Below, one piece after another: positions 1 to 8,960 of a DNA stretch of 47,284 nucleotides. How positions within the stretch are numbered: position 1 is the first letter of the stretch; each line of letters opens with the position of its first letter. The stretch spans positions 1 through 47,284 of the forward strand of contig CAMWLX010000001.1 in NCBI GenBank assembly GCA_947175225.1, in the 5' to 3' direction. The notes below the pieces were generated by a model. The model worked only from the letters and a program-made list of their open reading frames with translations, searched no databases and was not told the DNA's origin. The position numbers and the translations under genes are program-made. This stretch comes from an uncultured Porphyromonadaceae bacterium (lineage in GTDB: Bacteria > Bacteroidota > Bacteroidia > Bacteroidales > Muribaculaceae).

Positions 1-44
1 GGTAATAAATTTTCTTACAATAAAAAATTTAATCTAATATCTGA

Positions 45-62
45 CACGGCTCTTTCATTTAA
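45..62 (+). repeat. Left terminal inverted repeat of ISAs1 element
   Basis: Exact reverse complement of 972-989. Confidence 0.9.
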
Positions 63-238
63 AAAAGCCATGTACTTTCAGAATTCCTTATATTTTATAG
101 CGATAAATACTCTTTGCGCAGAGGTCCTACATTGTATGCATTTCTTTGATTTTCAGAAAAATAAACAGTGAAAAAGTTTGGTCAAGTGGCAGATTTTTTG
201 TAACTTTAAAGGTGAAAAACAAACAGTTACACAAAATA

Positions 239-877
239 ATGAATCCACTTGACCAAGAAAATCTGATTGGCGCATATGCGGCCAACTGCACTGCAAAAAA
301 GGGAGGAGATTTCCTGGTTGAGCTCAAGGTCAACCAGCCCTCGTTAAGATACGGAATTGAGGACAAGCTCAAATTGCACGTTCCTCTGTATTCATACACC
401 GAAGGACCCGAGCTTGGACATGGAAGGATAGAGACCAGGACATATCGTATCCATGACGGGCTGGATATAATTGCTGACAAGGACAAATGGGGAGGGAGAA
501 TGACAATTATAGAATGCGAGGCCGATACTGTCAGGAAGTCGACGGGGGCACATACACATGAAAGGCGATTGTATGTAAGCAGTCTGCCGACGGATACACC
601 GTTGCTCGGAGCGATCGTCCGCAATCACTGGTCGGTGGAAAGCATGCACTGGTGACTGGACTTCAATCTTATGCAGGACAAGGTCAAACGCAAGACATTG
701 AATGCAGCGCGTAACCTGGACACGATTCAGAGGATCGTATTCTCGGTGTTCTCAATATGGAAGGGACTCCGCAAAAAGCGCTCTGACAAGAGAAAGGGAA
801 TGGCTGAACTCATGAGGCACGTTTCGATGAGCTTCACCAGACTGGTGCGGTTCATATGTCAAAATGAAAAAAATTAG
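239..877 (+). pseudogene. ISAs1-family transposase pseudogene (N-terminal deletion, in-frame TGA at 653-655)
   Basis: ISAs1 motifs KGGDFLVELKVNQ, GHGRIETR and RNHWSVESMHW*LD. ORFs 146..655 and 671..877 are in the same frame, separated by one stop. ATG at 239 is followed by only ~18 codons before the mid-protein KKGGDF motif, so most of the N-terminal half is missing. Confidence 0.9.
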
Positions 878-971
878 ATTTTAACAAAAGTTAATTATCT
901 GAAATACAGCGACGACAAAATACCCGATTCGTCATGAACCGGTTAAGGGAGATTATATCCTAATTTTTATC

Positions 972-989
972 TTAAATGAAAGAGCCGTG
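972..989 (-). repeat. Right terminal inverted repeat of ISAs1 element
   Basis: Exact reverse complement of 45-62. Confidence 0.9.
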
Positions 990-1235
990 ATTTTTTGATC
1001 ATCGTACTGCATGATTCATTGAGGAAGTAGAAGTTGATGTGCCGCCGCAAAATCCAAAAGGCATAACCGTCATGTCCGCACTCCCCCCGATCCTCCCCTC
1101 CTCCAATAGCAAAGATTGTGATGCGAACGCAGTGAGCATACCCAAAGCCTCCCCACACTCCCCCAAAAACAATACATTTTTGAATAATTTGACTCTTATC
1201 TCCTCCTATCTCTTGAATTTTCCAATCAAAAGCAT

Positions 1236-1243
1236 TACCTTTG
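1236..1243 (+). promoter_or_regulatory. Bacteroidota sigma-A -7 element for SNF2 operon
   Basis: TACCTTTG matches TAnnTTTG, 32 bp upstream of ATG 1276. Confidence 0.6.
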
Positions 1244-1275
1244 CATAAAAATTCACAATCAAGCAATGTCATATA

Positions 1276-4068
1276 ATGAATCCCCAATTTTCCCTCGACA
1301 ATATATTCTCATCTCTTACTCCTATACGTTCTGAACCCCTGCATTCCGAATCCATATCTTCACATCATCCGCTCTTCCGACTCGACATTCGCAACGGTGC
1401 TCCTTACATCATACGCCTTCTCAACCCAAAACGATCTCTTTCTATTGCCGAGGCCCGTCTCTCCAAAGAAATTTCTCGTATCTCTGAATATTCCGAACCT
1501 CAAAATATCGACCTCAAAAAGGGCGAGACCGACTGCGTATCACTCCGTGAAAACCCATATCTTCTGAATCTCATCACTCCGGAATGCCACATCGAAGGTC
1601 CCAACGGCGGCAAACTCACTTTCCATGACGATTCTGCATACCCTATCCTCCGACTCTCGGTCAACGATGATGCCCCTTCTGTAGAAACCGCCCTCGTGAT
1701 TTCGGTAGGCGGCAATGAATATCCCTCCGGGGTCTTCCTCGACGACACTCACGTCCTTTGTGGCGACGACGTTTTCTCTGTCAAATCAATTGGCCAAAAT
1801 TATGCCAGCGTTGCCCAACTCCTTGCCCCGATAGACAAGTCCCTTATTGAGTCGTTTCTGACACTCTTCCTTTCATACGTCTCCAACGTAACTCCGGAGA
1901 TCAACGGCATCCCACCCCGATACTCAAAGCATACCGAGCATGCCATGCCCACCCTTTTCCTCGAAAAGGTGGCTGCCGACAAAGCCCTGTATCTACGTAC
2001 AGGCTCCACTATTGAATCATCTTCCGGCACCCTCCCCCCCGGCTTTACTCCTACAGTCACTGCAACCATCGACGACAACTATCGGATATCAATCCGAAAG
2101 GTCGAAGACTGCGATATCTCTGAACGCACCGACCGCCTCGAATCCCTTATCATGCAATGTGCCCCAAACCGCAATGCCAAGAAAGAGGTCTATCGCGACG
2201 GAAACTTCTTCATCATTCCTGAGGAGACAGCCGGGCCATTCCTGATTCGCCAACTCCCACAAGTCCTTGAAGATTTCCGTCTGGTAGGCAGTGACAAACT
2301 TAAAGAATACCGCGTAGTAGCTGTCACTCCAAAGGTCAACTTCAAATTCTCCTCCGGCATCGATTTTCTCGAAGGGGAAGGCGACGTGGAAATTGGCGGA
2401 GAGACATTCTCTATCGCCGATATCCTTAAGCAATATTCCTCAAAGCGATATGTCCAGCTTAGCGACGGAAACCGTGGCATCATCGACGAGACATACATCC
2501 AGCGTCTCCAACGCCTATTCCGGCGCCGCGACAAGGATGGACATATCAAAGTGACTATATTCGACCTCCCGGAAATAGAGGAACTGATACAGTCGAAGGT
2601 GACAGGACCTTTCGCTGCACGTAGCCGGAAAGTGCTGGAAGGATTCAACTCTCTCAAAAAAGACAAGGCACCGAAATACAAGGTCAATGCCACTCTCCGG
2701 CGCTATCAAGTGGAGGGAGTGAAGTGGCTTTCATATCTCTATAAAAATGATCTGGGCGGCTGCCTTGCCGACGATATGGGCCTTGGCAAGACACTGCAGA
2801 CCATAGCTCTCCTTTCAACAATCTATCCGACCGCCGACAAACCAACCCTAATCATAATGCCCAGAAGCCTTCTCTTCAACTGGGAAAAGGAGTTGGCAAA
2901 ATTCTGCCCGGATCTGACCCATTATACCTACTACGGACTGCAGCGTGACCTGACGGAAGCCATGAAAGCCAACGTAGTGCTGACTACTTATGCTCTCGTC
3001 CGCAACGACATCGAGGAATTCAAGAAACTGAAGTTTGAATGCATCGTGCTCGATGAGTCGCAAAACATCAAGAACTTCGCTGCTCAGACCACTGCCGCTG
3101 TTATGCTTCTCGATGCCAAACATCGGTTCGCCCTCAGCGGCACGCCGATGGAAAACAATCTCACCGAGCTCTACTCTCTTTTCCGTTTTCTCAACCCCAC
3201 GATGTTTGGCACTCTCGACGATTTTAATGCGTCATATACAAATCCGATACAGCGTTACGGCGACAAGGATGCCTCGGAAAGCCTTCGCAGAAAGATTTTC
3301 CCATTCATCCTGCGTCGACTCAAGAAGGATGTGCTCGACGATCTCCCCGACCGTATCGACCAGACCATCTACGTGGAGATGAGCGACGCTCAGAAGCGCC
3401 TCTACGATATGCGGCGCATAAGCTATCGCAAACAAATCGACGAAGCCATCGCACGCGACGGCATCAATAAGTCGCAGTTCATCATGTTTCAGGCTCTCAA
3501 CGAACTCCGCCGCATAGCATCCGTCCCGGAAAGCGTCTCCGACGGAAGTGTAAGTTCCCCAAAGATCGACGAACTCGTAGATTCCATCCTTGCCTCGGCA
3601 AGCAACGGCCATAAGTCTGTGGTATTCTTCAATTTCATCGCAGGCTTGGAAATCGTGATGTCGCGCCTTGAAAAGATGGGCATCCAGTTTGAGACAATGA
3701 CTGGCTCTACTTCGGCTCAAAACCGCAAAAAGAGAGTCGAACGATTCCAGTCCGACCCCGAATGCATGGTGATGCTCCTTACTCTCAAGGTGGGTGGTGT
3801 CGGTCTAAACCTGACCGCTGCCGACACAGTCTATATCTTCGAGCCATGGTGGAACAAAGCTGCCGAGGAGCAGGCCATCAACCGTCTGCACCGCATCGGG
3901 CAGAAGAAGACTGTCACATCATTCTCTATCATCACCGTCGGCACCATCGAAGAGAAGATGCTGCAGCTCCAAGCCCAAAAATCCGAACTCTTCGATGAGC
4001 TGATCAGCGCCGACACTGCCTCAAGCAAACATCTCACTGAAAAAGACATTGAATTCATATTGTCATGA
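1276..4068 (+). CDS. SNF2-family (DEAD/DEAH-box-like) ATP-dependent helicase/translocase
   Basis: 930 aa; [13 protein letters not shown] (Walker A), LDESQNIKN (Walker B), [50 protein letters not shown]. Confidence 0.95.
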   Translation: MNPQFSLDNIFSSLTPIRSEPLHSESISSHHPLFRLDIRNGAPYIIRLLNPKRSLSIAEARLSKEISRISEYSEPQNIDLKKGETDCVSLRENPYLLNLITPECHIEGPNGGKLTFHDDSAYPILRLSVNDDAPSVETALVISVGGNEYPSGVFLDDTHVLCGDDVFSVKSIGQNYASVAQLLAPIDKSLIESFLTLFLSYVSNVTPEINGIPPRYSKHTEHAMPTLFLEKVAADKALYLRTGSTIESSSGTLPPGFTPTVTATIDDNYRISIRKVEDCDISERTDRLESLIMQCAPNRNAKKEVYRDGNFFIIPEETAGPFLIRQLPQVLEDFRLVGSDKLKEYRVVAVTPKVNFKFSSGIDFLEGEGDVEIGGETFSIADILKQYSSKRYVQLSDGNRGIIDETYIQRLQRLFRRRDKDGHIKVTIFDLPEIEELIQSKVTGPFAARSRKVLEGFNSLKKDKAPKYKVNATLRRYQVEGVKWLSYLYKNDLGGCLADDMGLGKTLQTIALLSTIYPTADKPTLIIMPRSLLFNWEKELAKFCPDLTHYTYYGLQRDLTEAMKANVVLTTYALVRNDIEEFKKLKFECIVLDESQNIKNFAAQTTAAVMLLDAKHRFALSGTPMENNLTELYSLFRFLNPTMFGTLDDFNASYTNPIQRYGDKDASESLRRKIFPFILRRLKKDVLDDLPDRIDQTIYVEMSDAQKRLYDMRRISYRKQIDEAIARDGINKSQFIMFQALNELRRIASVPESVSDGSVSSPKIDELVDSILASASNGHKSVVFFNFIAGLEIVMSRLEKMGIQFETMTGSTSAQNRKKRVERFQSDPECMVMLLTLKVGGVGLNLTAADTVYIFEPWWNKAAEEQAINRLHRIGQKKTVTSFSIITVGTIEEKMLQLQAQKSELFDELISADTASSKHLTEKDIEFILS

Positions 4069-6002
4069 AAAGCTCTAAAAAAAGCTCTAAAAAAATTACA
4101 GTGGTCAGTCATCCGGATATCATTGAAGAGTACGTGCCGGTAACTGAAGTGACTCCGGGCGTAATATATCTTCCTCCATTAGTAGCTAAAGAACACCGGG
4201 ATATGATCTCGACATTTACTTTAGATAAATGCAGGTTTCTCTTTGCGCCATTCGCCGATATGGTAATGAATCATCAGCTCCGGCTCTCGCCGAATACATC
4301 ATATGGCATGCGAACTATATTCGAGGAGATGACAAAGACATCCTCCTTTGAAAAGATGAGAAAAGATGCTTTGTGCAGTCTATATGATTCTTTGTATTCA
4401 GAACTTTCTAATTTCTTGGCTATCGCAAAGGCCGACATTCGATATGAAAAAACGTGGCATAAGATTATTACCAGTTTAGACGTTTCTTCTGTTGATATCA
4501 AAAAAGAACTTGGACGCGAGATTAGATTGGCAAGCACCTACGGATGGTATTATAATATAGCTGTGGAGGCTCTCTTTTCGCCATGTATGGCCTACCATGT
4601 CCAGCAGTATTATTCTATCTATACACGAACATCTGAATCCAAAGGGGACCTCACTTTGAGAGCCTCTGTGCGCAAGGAGCTTGCAGAGCTATTCTTTGGC
4701 AAAGAATATGTAATGCCCCGGCTAATTGCCCACCTACCTGAAGATGCTAAACTCTCCATCGACAACTTCGAGCCTTCAATCCCTACCGACATAATGACTC
4801 TTGATGGCATTGCACTCAACGGGTCAATGCTCAATGGCAATGGTTCGATATCTGCAGCCAATGTGAAGCGTGTCCGCACTCAAGCCACTTTGCGTGATTT
4901 CTCTCCTGCTCTTCTTCAATGGCCTGCCGACAGGATAGAGATGCTTACACTGACATTCTTCACCATGAATGCCGCTATCAGCAAAAGCAGTTCCATCAAC
5001 GCCAAGAATCTTGCCAAATTTGCAGTAGAGACAATGCCAAGGCTAATTCAAGGTCCTATCTTCAACACATTTTTGCCCGCTTGTCAAAGTTTCACAAAAG
5101 CATGGACTGCTGAAAATTCGGTGGTGCAACTATCGAAGATGGTTGAAGCCATAATCAGAAAGGCTTCCGATGAATGGCTTGATCTTAATAATTTCAAGAT
5201 GTTGCTTCTCTGTTCGGATACTATCTCTAATGAAAACTTTCATTATCTCAACCTTTTCCCTTCAAAGGGGAGAGAGAAAGCTACCATCGTCAGGAAAATC
5301 GACAAAGAGCATGAAGGCGACTCCAAATGGAAAGTAAAACCTATCAGCTGGTTTGACGAGATCGGTTTTAAATTTGCTATCCACTGGCTAAAGTATCTCT
5401 GTGCCCTCGGAATTGTAGAACTGGCTGTAGAATCCGAACTCATCAATCTCGGCGACGATCCCTTAGAAGGGATGCGCTATGTAAGGCTGACACCCCTCGG
5501 GAAATATGCCTTCGGCATAGAAAAATCGTATACTCCTACTAAAGCTGATTGCATTTCCGAAGTGGAGTTTGACTCTCAAAACTGCATCTTTACACTCGAT
5601 GCAAAGTCTCCTTTCATGTTGTTTCTGTCTACTATTACACGGCGCATAAGCCCTACCAGACTCCGTATCTCACGCGAGACATTGATCAAAGGATGCTTCA
5701 GGAAAGAGGATCTCGAGCAACGAATCAGAAATCTGAGTGTGATTATCAACCCTGAGAAAGAGCCGGCTCTAAAGAAGATTATCGACGATGCCCTTCATCA
5801 TACAGATTGCGCTCATCGCGAGGGTGGCTATTCGCTACTCAACTTGCGCTCCGACCTTCCCGAACTGCGCCAGCTCATCTTGAATGAAAAGGAACTCCGT
5901 GAAATGACTATAATGGTCGGGAACTCCCGCGTTTTGGTCAAAACAAACCATCTTGAGCGATTCTACGCCCTCTGCGCCTCCCACGGCTATCTAATGCAGT
6001 GA
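4065..6002 (+). CDS. Hypothetical protein, possibly with a helicase-associated (XPB-partner, Helicase_C_3/p52-like) C-terminal domain
   Basis: 645-aa ORF with ATGA overlap with the SNF2 stop. C-terminal third (LCALGIVELA...YVRLTPLGKYAFG...RISRETLIKG...LCASHGYL) resembles helicase-associated proteins by eye. The CDS is secure; the domain call is tentative. Confidence 0.8.
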   Translation: MKSSKKSSKKITVVSHPDIIEEYVPVTEVTPGVIYLPPLVAKEHRDMISTFTLDKCRFLFAPFADMVMNHQLRLSPNTSYGMRTIFEEMTKTSSFEKMRKDALCSLYDSLYSELSNFLAIAKADIRYEKTWHKIITSLDVSSVDIKKELGREIRLASTYGWYYNIAVEALFSPCMAYHVQQYYSIYTRTSESKGDLTLRASVRKELAELFFGKEYVMPRLIAHLPEDAKLSIDNFEPSIPTDIMTLDGIALNGSMLNGNGSISAANVKRVRTQATLRDFSPALLQWPADRIEMLTLTFFTMNAAISKSSSINAKNLAKFAVETMPRLIQGPIFNTFLPACQSFTKAWTAENSVVQLSKMVEAIIRKASDEWLDLNNFKMLLLCSDTISNENFHYLNLFPSKGREKATIVRKIDKEHEGDSKWKVKPISWFDEIGFKFAIHWLKYLCALGIVELAVESELINLGDDPLEGMRYVRLTPLGKYAFGIEKSYTPTKADCISEVEFDSQNCIFTLDAKSPFMLFLSTITRRISPTRLRISRETLIKGCFRKEDLEQRIRNLSVIINPEKEPALKKIIDDALHHTDCAHREGGYSLLNLRSDLPELRQLILNEKELREMTIMVGNSRVLVKTNHLERFYALCASHGYLMQ

Positions 6003-6032
6003 TCAATGTTTTTCTATTTCAGAATTTTTGAC

Positions 6033-6040
6033 TAATTTTG
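6033..6040 (+). promoter_or_regulatory. -7 promoter element directly upstream of M16 peptidase
   Basis: TAATTTTG ending 4 bp before ATG 6045. Confidence 0.6.
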
Positions 6041-6044
6041 CAAC

Positions 6045-7262
6045 ATGAATTACGTAACTCATACATTACATAACGGTCTGCGCGTCGCAATGTGCCAGAC
6101 CGACGCCAAGGTTGCCTATATCGGTGTTGTGGTCGGAAGTGGAAGCCGCGACGAATTGCCTGAGCGCCATGGCCTTGCTCACTTCGTGGAGCATACCATC
6201 TTCAAAGGGACGTGGAAACGACGCTCCTCAGCCATCTCTGCGCGTATGGAAAGCATCGGTGGCGAACTCAACGCAAGCACTTCAAAGGAAACCACCATCA
6301 TATACACCACTGCCCCTACCGGCTACGCCGACCGCGCCATCGAACTCCTCGCCGACATTATAGCGAATTCCCTATTTCCGACCCACGAAATAGAAATGGA
6401 GCATGAAGTCGTGGTAGAAGAAATCAAATCTTATCTCGACACTCCCTCCGAGAATGTATATGATGAGTATGAAGAGCGTATCTTCAAAGGGAATGCACTC
6501 GCCCACAATATCCTCGGCACTCCTGAAAGCGTTCGCTCACTGACCGGACGTGAATGTCGCCAATTCCTCGACCTCAACTATACGCCCGGGAATATGGTGG
6601 TCTACATATCCGCCCCCGACGATCCCGAAAAACTGATAAAAAGAGTTGATAAGCATTTTGGTCTTCTCAATTTCCCATTCCGTCGCTATCCTCGGATTCT
6701 GCCGGATGATCTGCCTCCATTCGACGAAGTGATCGACAACGACGGTTTCCAGGCTCATACCATATTCGGCACCAGGACTGTCAGCCGCGACGACCCTCGC
6801 CGCTACGCACTATATTTGCTCAACAACTACATCGGTGGCCCATGCATGAGCAGCCTTCTCAATTCCGAATTGCGCGAGAAGCGTGGATTGGTCTATGCCG
6901 TAGACAGTTTCAACTCTATGTTCAGTGACACCGGTCTTTGGTCTGTCTATATAGGTTGCGACAAGAGCAATGTAAAGAAATGCCTTTCGATTGTCAAGCG
7001 TGAACTCGACCGCTTGGCACAGACTACGATGTCTGACCGCATGCTCGACAAGATAAAGACCCAATACTGCGGCCAGCTTCTCGTCAGCACCGACAACCGC
7101 GAGAACATGGCAATCAATATGGGCAAGAGCCTTCTCTTCCGAGATGCCATCTACGACACTTCACACACTGCCGAATGCATCCGGGCCGTCAACGCCGACC
7201 GGCTCCGCGAAGCCGCCGAACTCCTCTCACCATCCCGCTGCTCCCGCCTCACCCTCTTATGA
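6045..7262 (+). CDS. M16 family (pitrilysin/insulinase-like) zinc metallopeptidase
   Basis: GLAHFVEHTIFKGT (inverted HxxEH zinc motif), GGELNASTSKE, LREKRGLVY. Confidence 0.95.
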   Translation: MNYVTHTLHNGLRVAMCQTDAKVAYIGVVVGSGSRDELPERHGLAHFVEHTIFKGTWKRRSSAISARMESIGGELNASTSKETTIIYTTAPTGYADRAIELLADIIANSLFPTHEIEMEHEVVVEEIKSYLDTPSENVYDEYEERIFKGNALAHNILGTPESVRSLTGRECRQFLDLNYTPGNMVVYISAPDDPEKLIKRVDKHFGLLNFPFRRYPRILPDDLPPFDEVIDNDGFQAHTIFGTRTVSRDDPRRYALYLLNNYIGGPCMSSLLNSELREKRGLVYAVDSFNSMFSDTGLWSVYIGCDKSNVKKCLSIVKRELDRLAQTTMSDRMLDKIKTQYCGQLLVSTDNRENMAINMGKSLLFRDAIYDTSHTAECIRAVNADRLREAAELLSPSRCSRLTLL

Positions 7263-7276
7263 ATTAAACAAGATTG

Positions 7277-7304
7277 TGCATTATGAATTGTGAATTATGC
7301 ATTG
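7277..7304 (+). repeat. Degenerate heptamer repeat TG(C/A)ATT(A/G) x4
   Basis: TGCATTA TGAATTG TGAATTA TGCATTG; the same family occurs at 33097-33128 and 34765-34796. Confidence 0.75.
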
Positions 7305-8284
7305 ATAAAATAAATCTTGGAGAGCGCCCTGGGATGCTCGCTCCGATGGAAGACGTCACCGATCCTTCGTTCCGGCTCATCTGCCGCGAGCAAGGGGCTG
7401 CCATGGTATATACAGAATTCGTGTCGGCTGAAGCCCTCGTGCGCAACATCAACTCCACTACCAGGAAGCTGACCATCGACGACCGCGAACGTCCCGTTGC
7501 CATCCAGATCTACGGCCGCGAACCCGAGGCGATGGTAGAAGCAGCAAAAATCGTGGAGCAAGCCCAACCCGACATCCTCGACATAAATTTCGGATGCCCC
7601 GTAAAGAAAGTGGCTGCCAAAGGTGCCGGTGCCGGTATGCTCCGCACTCCGGAGAAGATCCTCTCCATCACAAAGGCAGTTGTCGATGCAGTAAATATTC
7701 CCGTGACCGTCAAGACTCGCCTTGGCTGGGACTGCAACAGCAAGATTATCACCGACCTTGCTCCCCGCCTTCAAGACTGCGGTATTAAAGCACTGACTAT
7801 CCACGGACGAACTCGCTCGCAAATGTATACCGGCGATGCCGACTGGACTCTCATCGGAGAAGTCAAAGCAGACCCTCGCATTGAAATCCCAATCATAGGC
7901 AACGGCGACATCAAGACGCCGCAACAAGCAAAGAATGCTTTCGACACATACGGTGTCGATGGGGTCATGATAGGGCGGGCAAGCTTCGGAGCACCCTGGA
8001 TTTTCCGCGAAGTCAAGCAATATCTTGCCGAAGGCATTATCCCTGAAATCACCACAGAAGAAAAATTCTCTCTTCTCCGCCGCCAGATTCGAGAATCTAT
8101 CGACCGAATTGACGAATACCGTGGCATACTCCACATTCGTCGCCATCTCGCCTCCACACCCCTATTGAAAGGTATCCCCGACTTCCGTGAGACTCGCATC
8201 CGCCTTCTCCGGGCCGAGACAGAACAAGACCTCGAAAATTTATTATCAGAAATACAAGATAAATTCTTCAACAATGAAAACTAA
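7283..8284 (+). CDS. dusB: tRNA dihydrouridine synthase DusB
   Basis: LAPMEDVTD, YTEFVS, DINFGCP (catalytic Cys), VTVKTRLG, TIHGRT, GNGDI, GVMIGR. Start uncertain (ATG 7283 or TTG 7274). Confidence 0.93.
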   Translation: MNCELCIDKINLGERPGMLAPMEDVTDPSFRLICREQGAAMVYTEFVSAEALVRNINSTTRKLTIDDRERPVAIQIYGREPEAMVEAAKIVEQAQPDILDINFGCPVKKVAAKGAGAGMLRTPEKILSITKAVVDAVNIPVTVKTRLGWDCNSKIITDLAPRLQDCGIKALTIHGRTRSQMYTGDADWTLIGEVKADPRIEIPIIGNGDIKTPQQAKNAFDTYGVDGVMIGRASFGAPWIFREVKQYLAEGIIPEITTEEKFSLLRRQIRESIDRIDEYRGILHIRRHLASTPLLKGIPDFRETRIRLLRAETEQDLENLLSEIQDKFFNNEN

Positions 8285-8960
8285 GATTATATTTATTTTG
8301 GCAATCCTGATGGGCTGCCTCCAGATGAGCGCCAAGCAATTTACCCTCCCTGTTGGTCAATTCAGCAAGATAAGCGTAGATGATAATGTCAATGTCGTAT
8401 ACGTAGGTGCCGACGGCAGCCCAAGCCGCGTGACTTATGATGGCGATCCAAAATACGCAAAAGCCTTCATCATAACCCATAAAGGCAACAAGCTCCGCAT
8501 CCAGGTCGAAACCCTGTATGTAGATGACCCCGAACTCCCCACTCTCTACGTCTACTCCGATTTTTTGGAAAATGCTTCCCTTTCCTCTGAATCCACACTC
8601 ACTCTCAAATCAGTGGCTCCCGGCAGCACTCTCGACCTTTCTGTAATGGGCAATGGCACCATCTCTGCCGAAAACCTACGGGCCACTAAAATAGGAGCTG
8701 CTATCAAGTCGGGCAATGGGACCATCTCAATGTCCGGTCATTGCCAGCAAGCAAACTTCACCATGGTTGGCAATGGCACTATTCAAGCCGACAGGCTCGA
8801 AGCTACCAATGTGGCTTGCAAGATGCTTGGCAACGGATCAATAGGATGCTGGCCGGTCGATAAGCTGAAAGTCATGGGCATCGGAAATACGAAGGTTTAC
8901 TATAAAGGTTCCCCCGAAATCGAGAAAAAAGGGGGCGGAAAGCTTTTTCCCCTTGAATAA
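8274..8960 (+). CDS. Head GIN domain (DUF2807) secreted protein
   Basis: Signal peptide MKTKIIFILAILMGCLQMSA; repeated GNG(T/S)I beta-roll motifs; C-terminal VYYKGSPEI. Confidence 0.85.
   Translation: MKTKIIFILAILMGCLQMSAKQFTLPVGQFSKISVDDNVNVVYVGADGSPSRVTYDGDPKYAKAFIITHKGNKLRIQVETLYVDDPELPTLYVYSDFLENASLSSESTLTLKSVAPGSTLDLSVMGNGTISAENLRATKIGAAIKSGNGTISMSGHCQQANFTMVGNGTIQADRLEATNVACKMLGNGSIGCWPVDKLKVMGIGNTKVYYKGSPEIEKKGGGKLFPLE

Larger units (their letters stand above)
45..989 (+). mobile_element. ISAs1-family insertion sequence, internally deleted, non-autonomous (945 bp)
   Basis: Perfect 18-bp terminal inverted repeats CACGGCTCTTTCATTTAA (45-62) and TTAAATGAAAGAGCCGTG (972-989) enclose an ISAs1 transposase remnant. 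No convincing target-site duplication. Confidence 0.85.

Noticed and set aside
178-256. Invertible promoter (inverton) between the 12-bp inverted repeats
   Set aside because: Lies inside an IS, the right arm is within the transposase frame, and no recombinase is nearby; a translational lock is the simpler reading
653-655. Recoded TGA or selenocysteine read-through in the transposase
   Set aside because: TGA is used as a normal stop elsewhere in the window and the gene is already deleted; a nonsense mutation is sufficient
35-1000. Target-site duplication flanking the IS
   Set aside because: AATATCTGA versus ATTTTTTGA matches only 6/9 in AT-rich DNA
967-1287. Small ORFs 967..1287 (-) and 1039..1248 (+), and the C-rich tract at ~1080-1170
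   Set aside because: No recognisable motifs; they overlap the IS end or the SNF2 promoter; C-richness fits strand skew
7295-8146. 283-aa antisense ORF
   Set aside because: Shadow of dusB with no motifs
8187-8273. Upstream extension of the GIN-domain ORF
   Set aside because: Overlaps dusB; the signal peptide begins at ATG 8274
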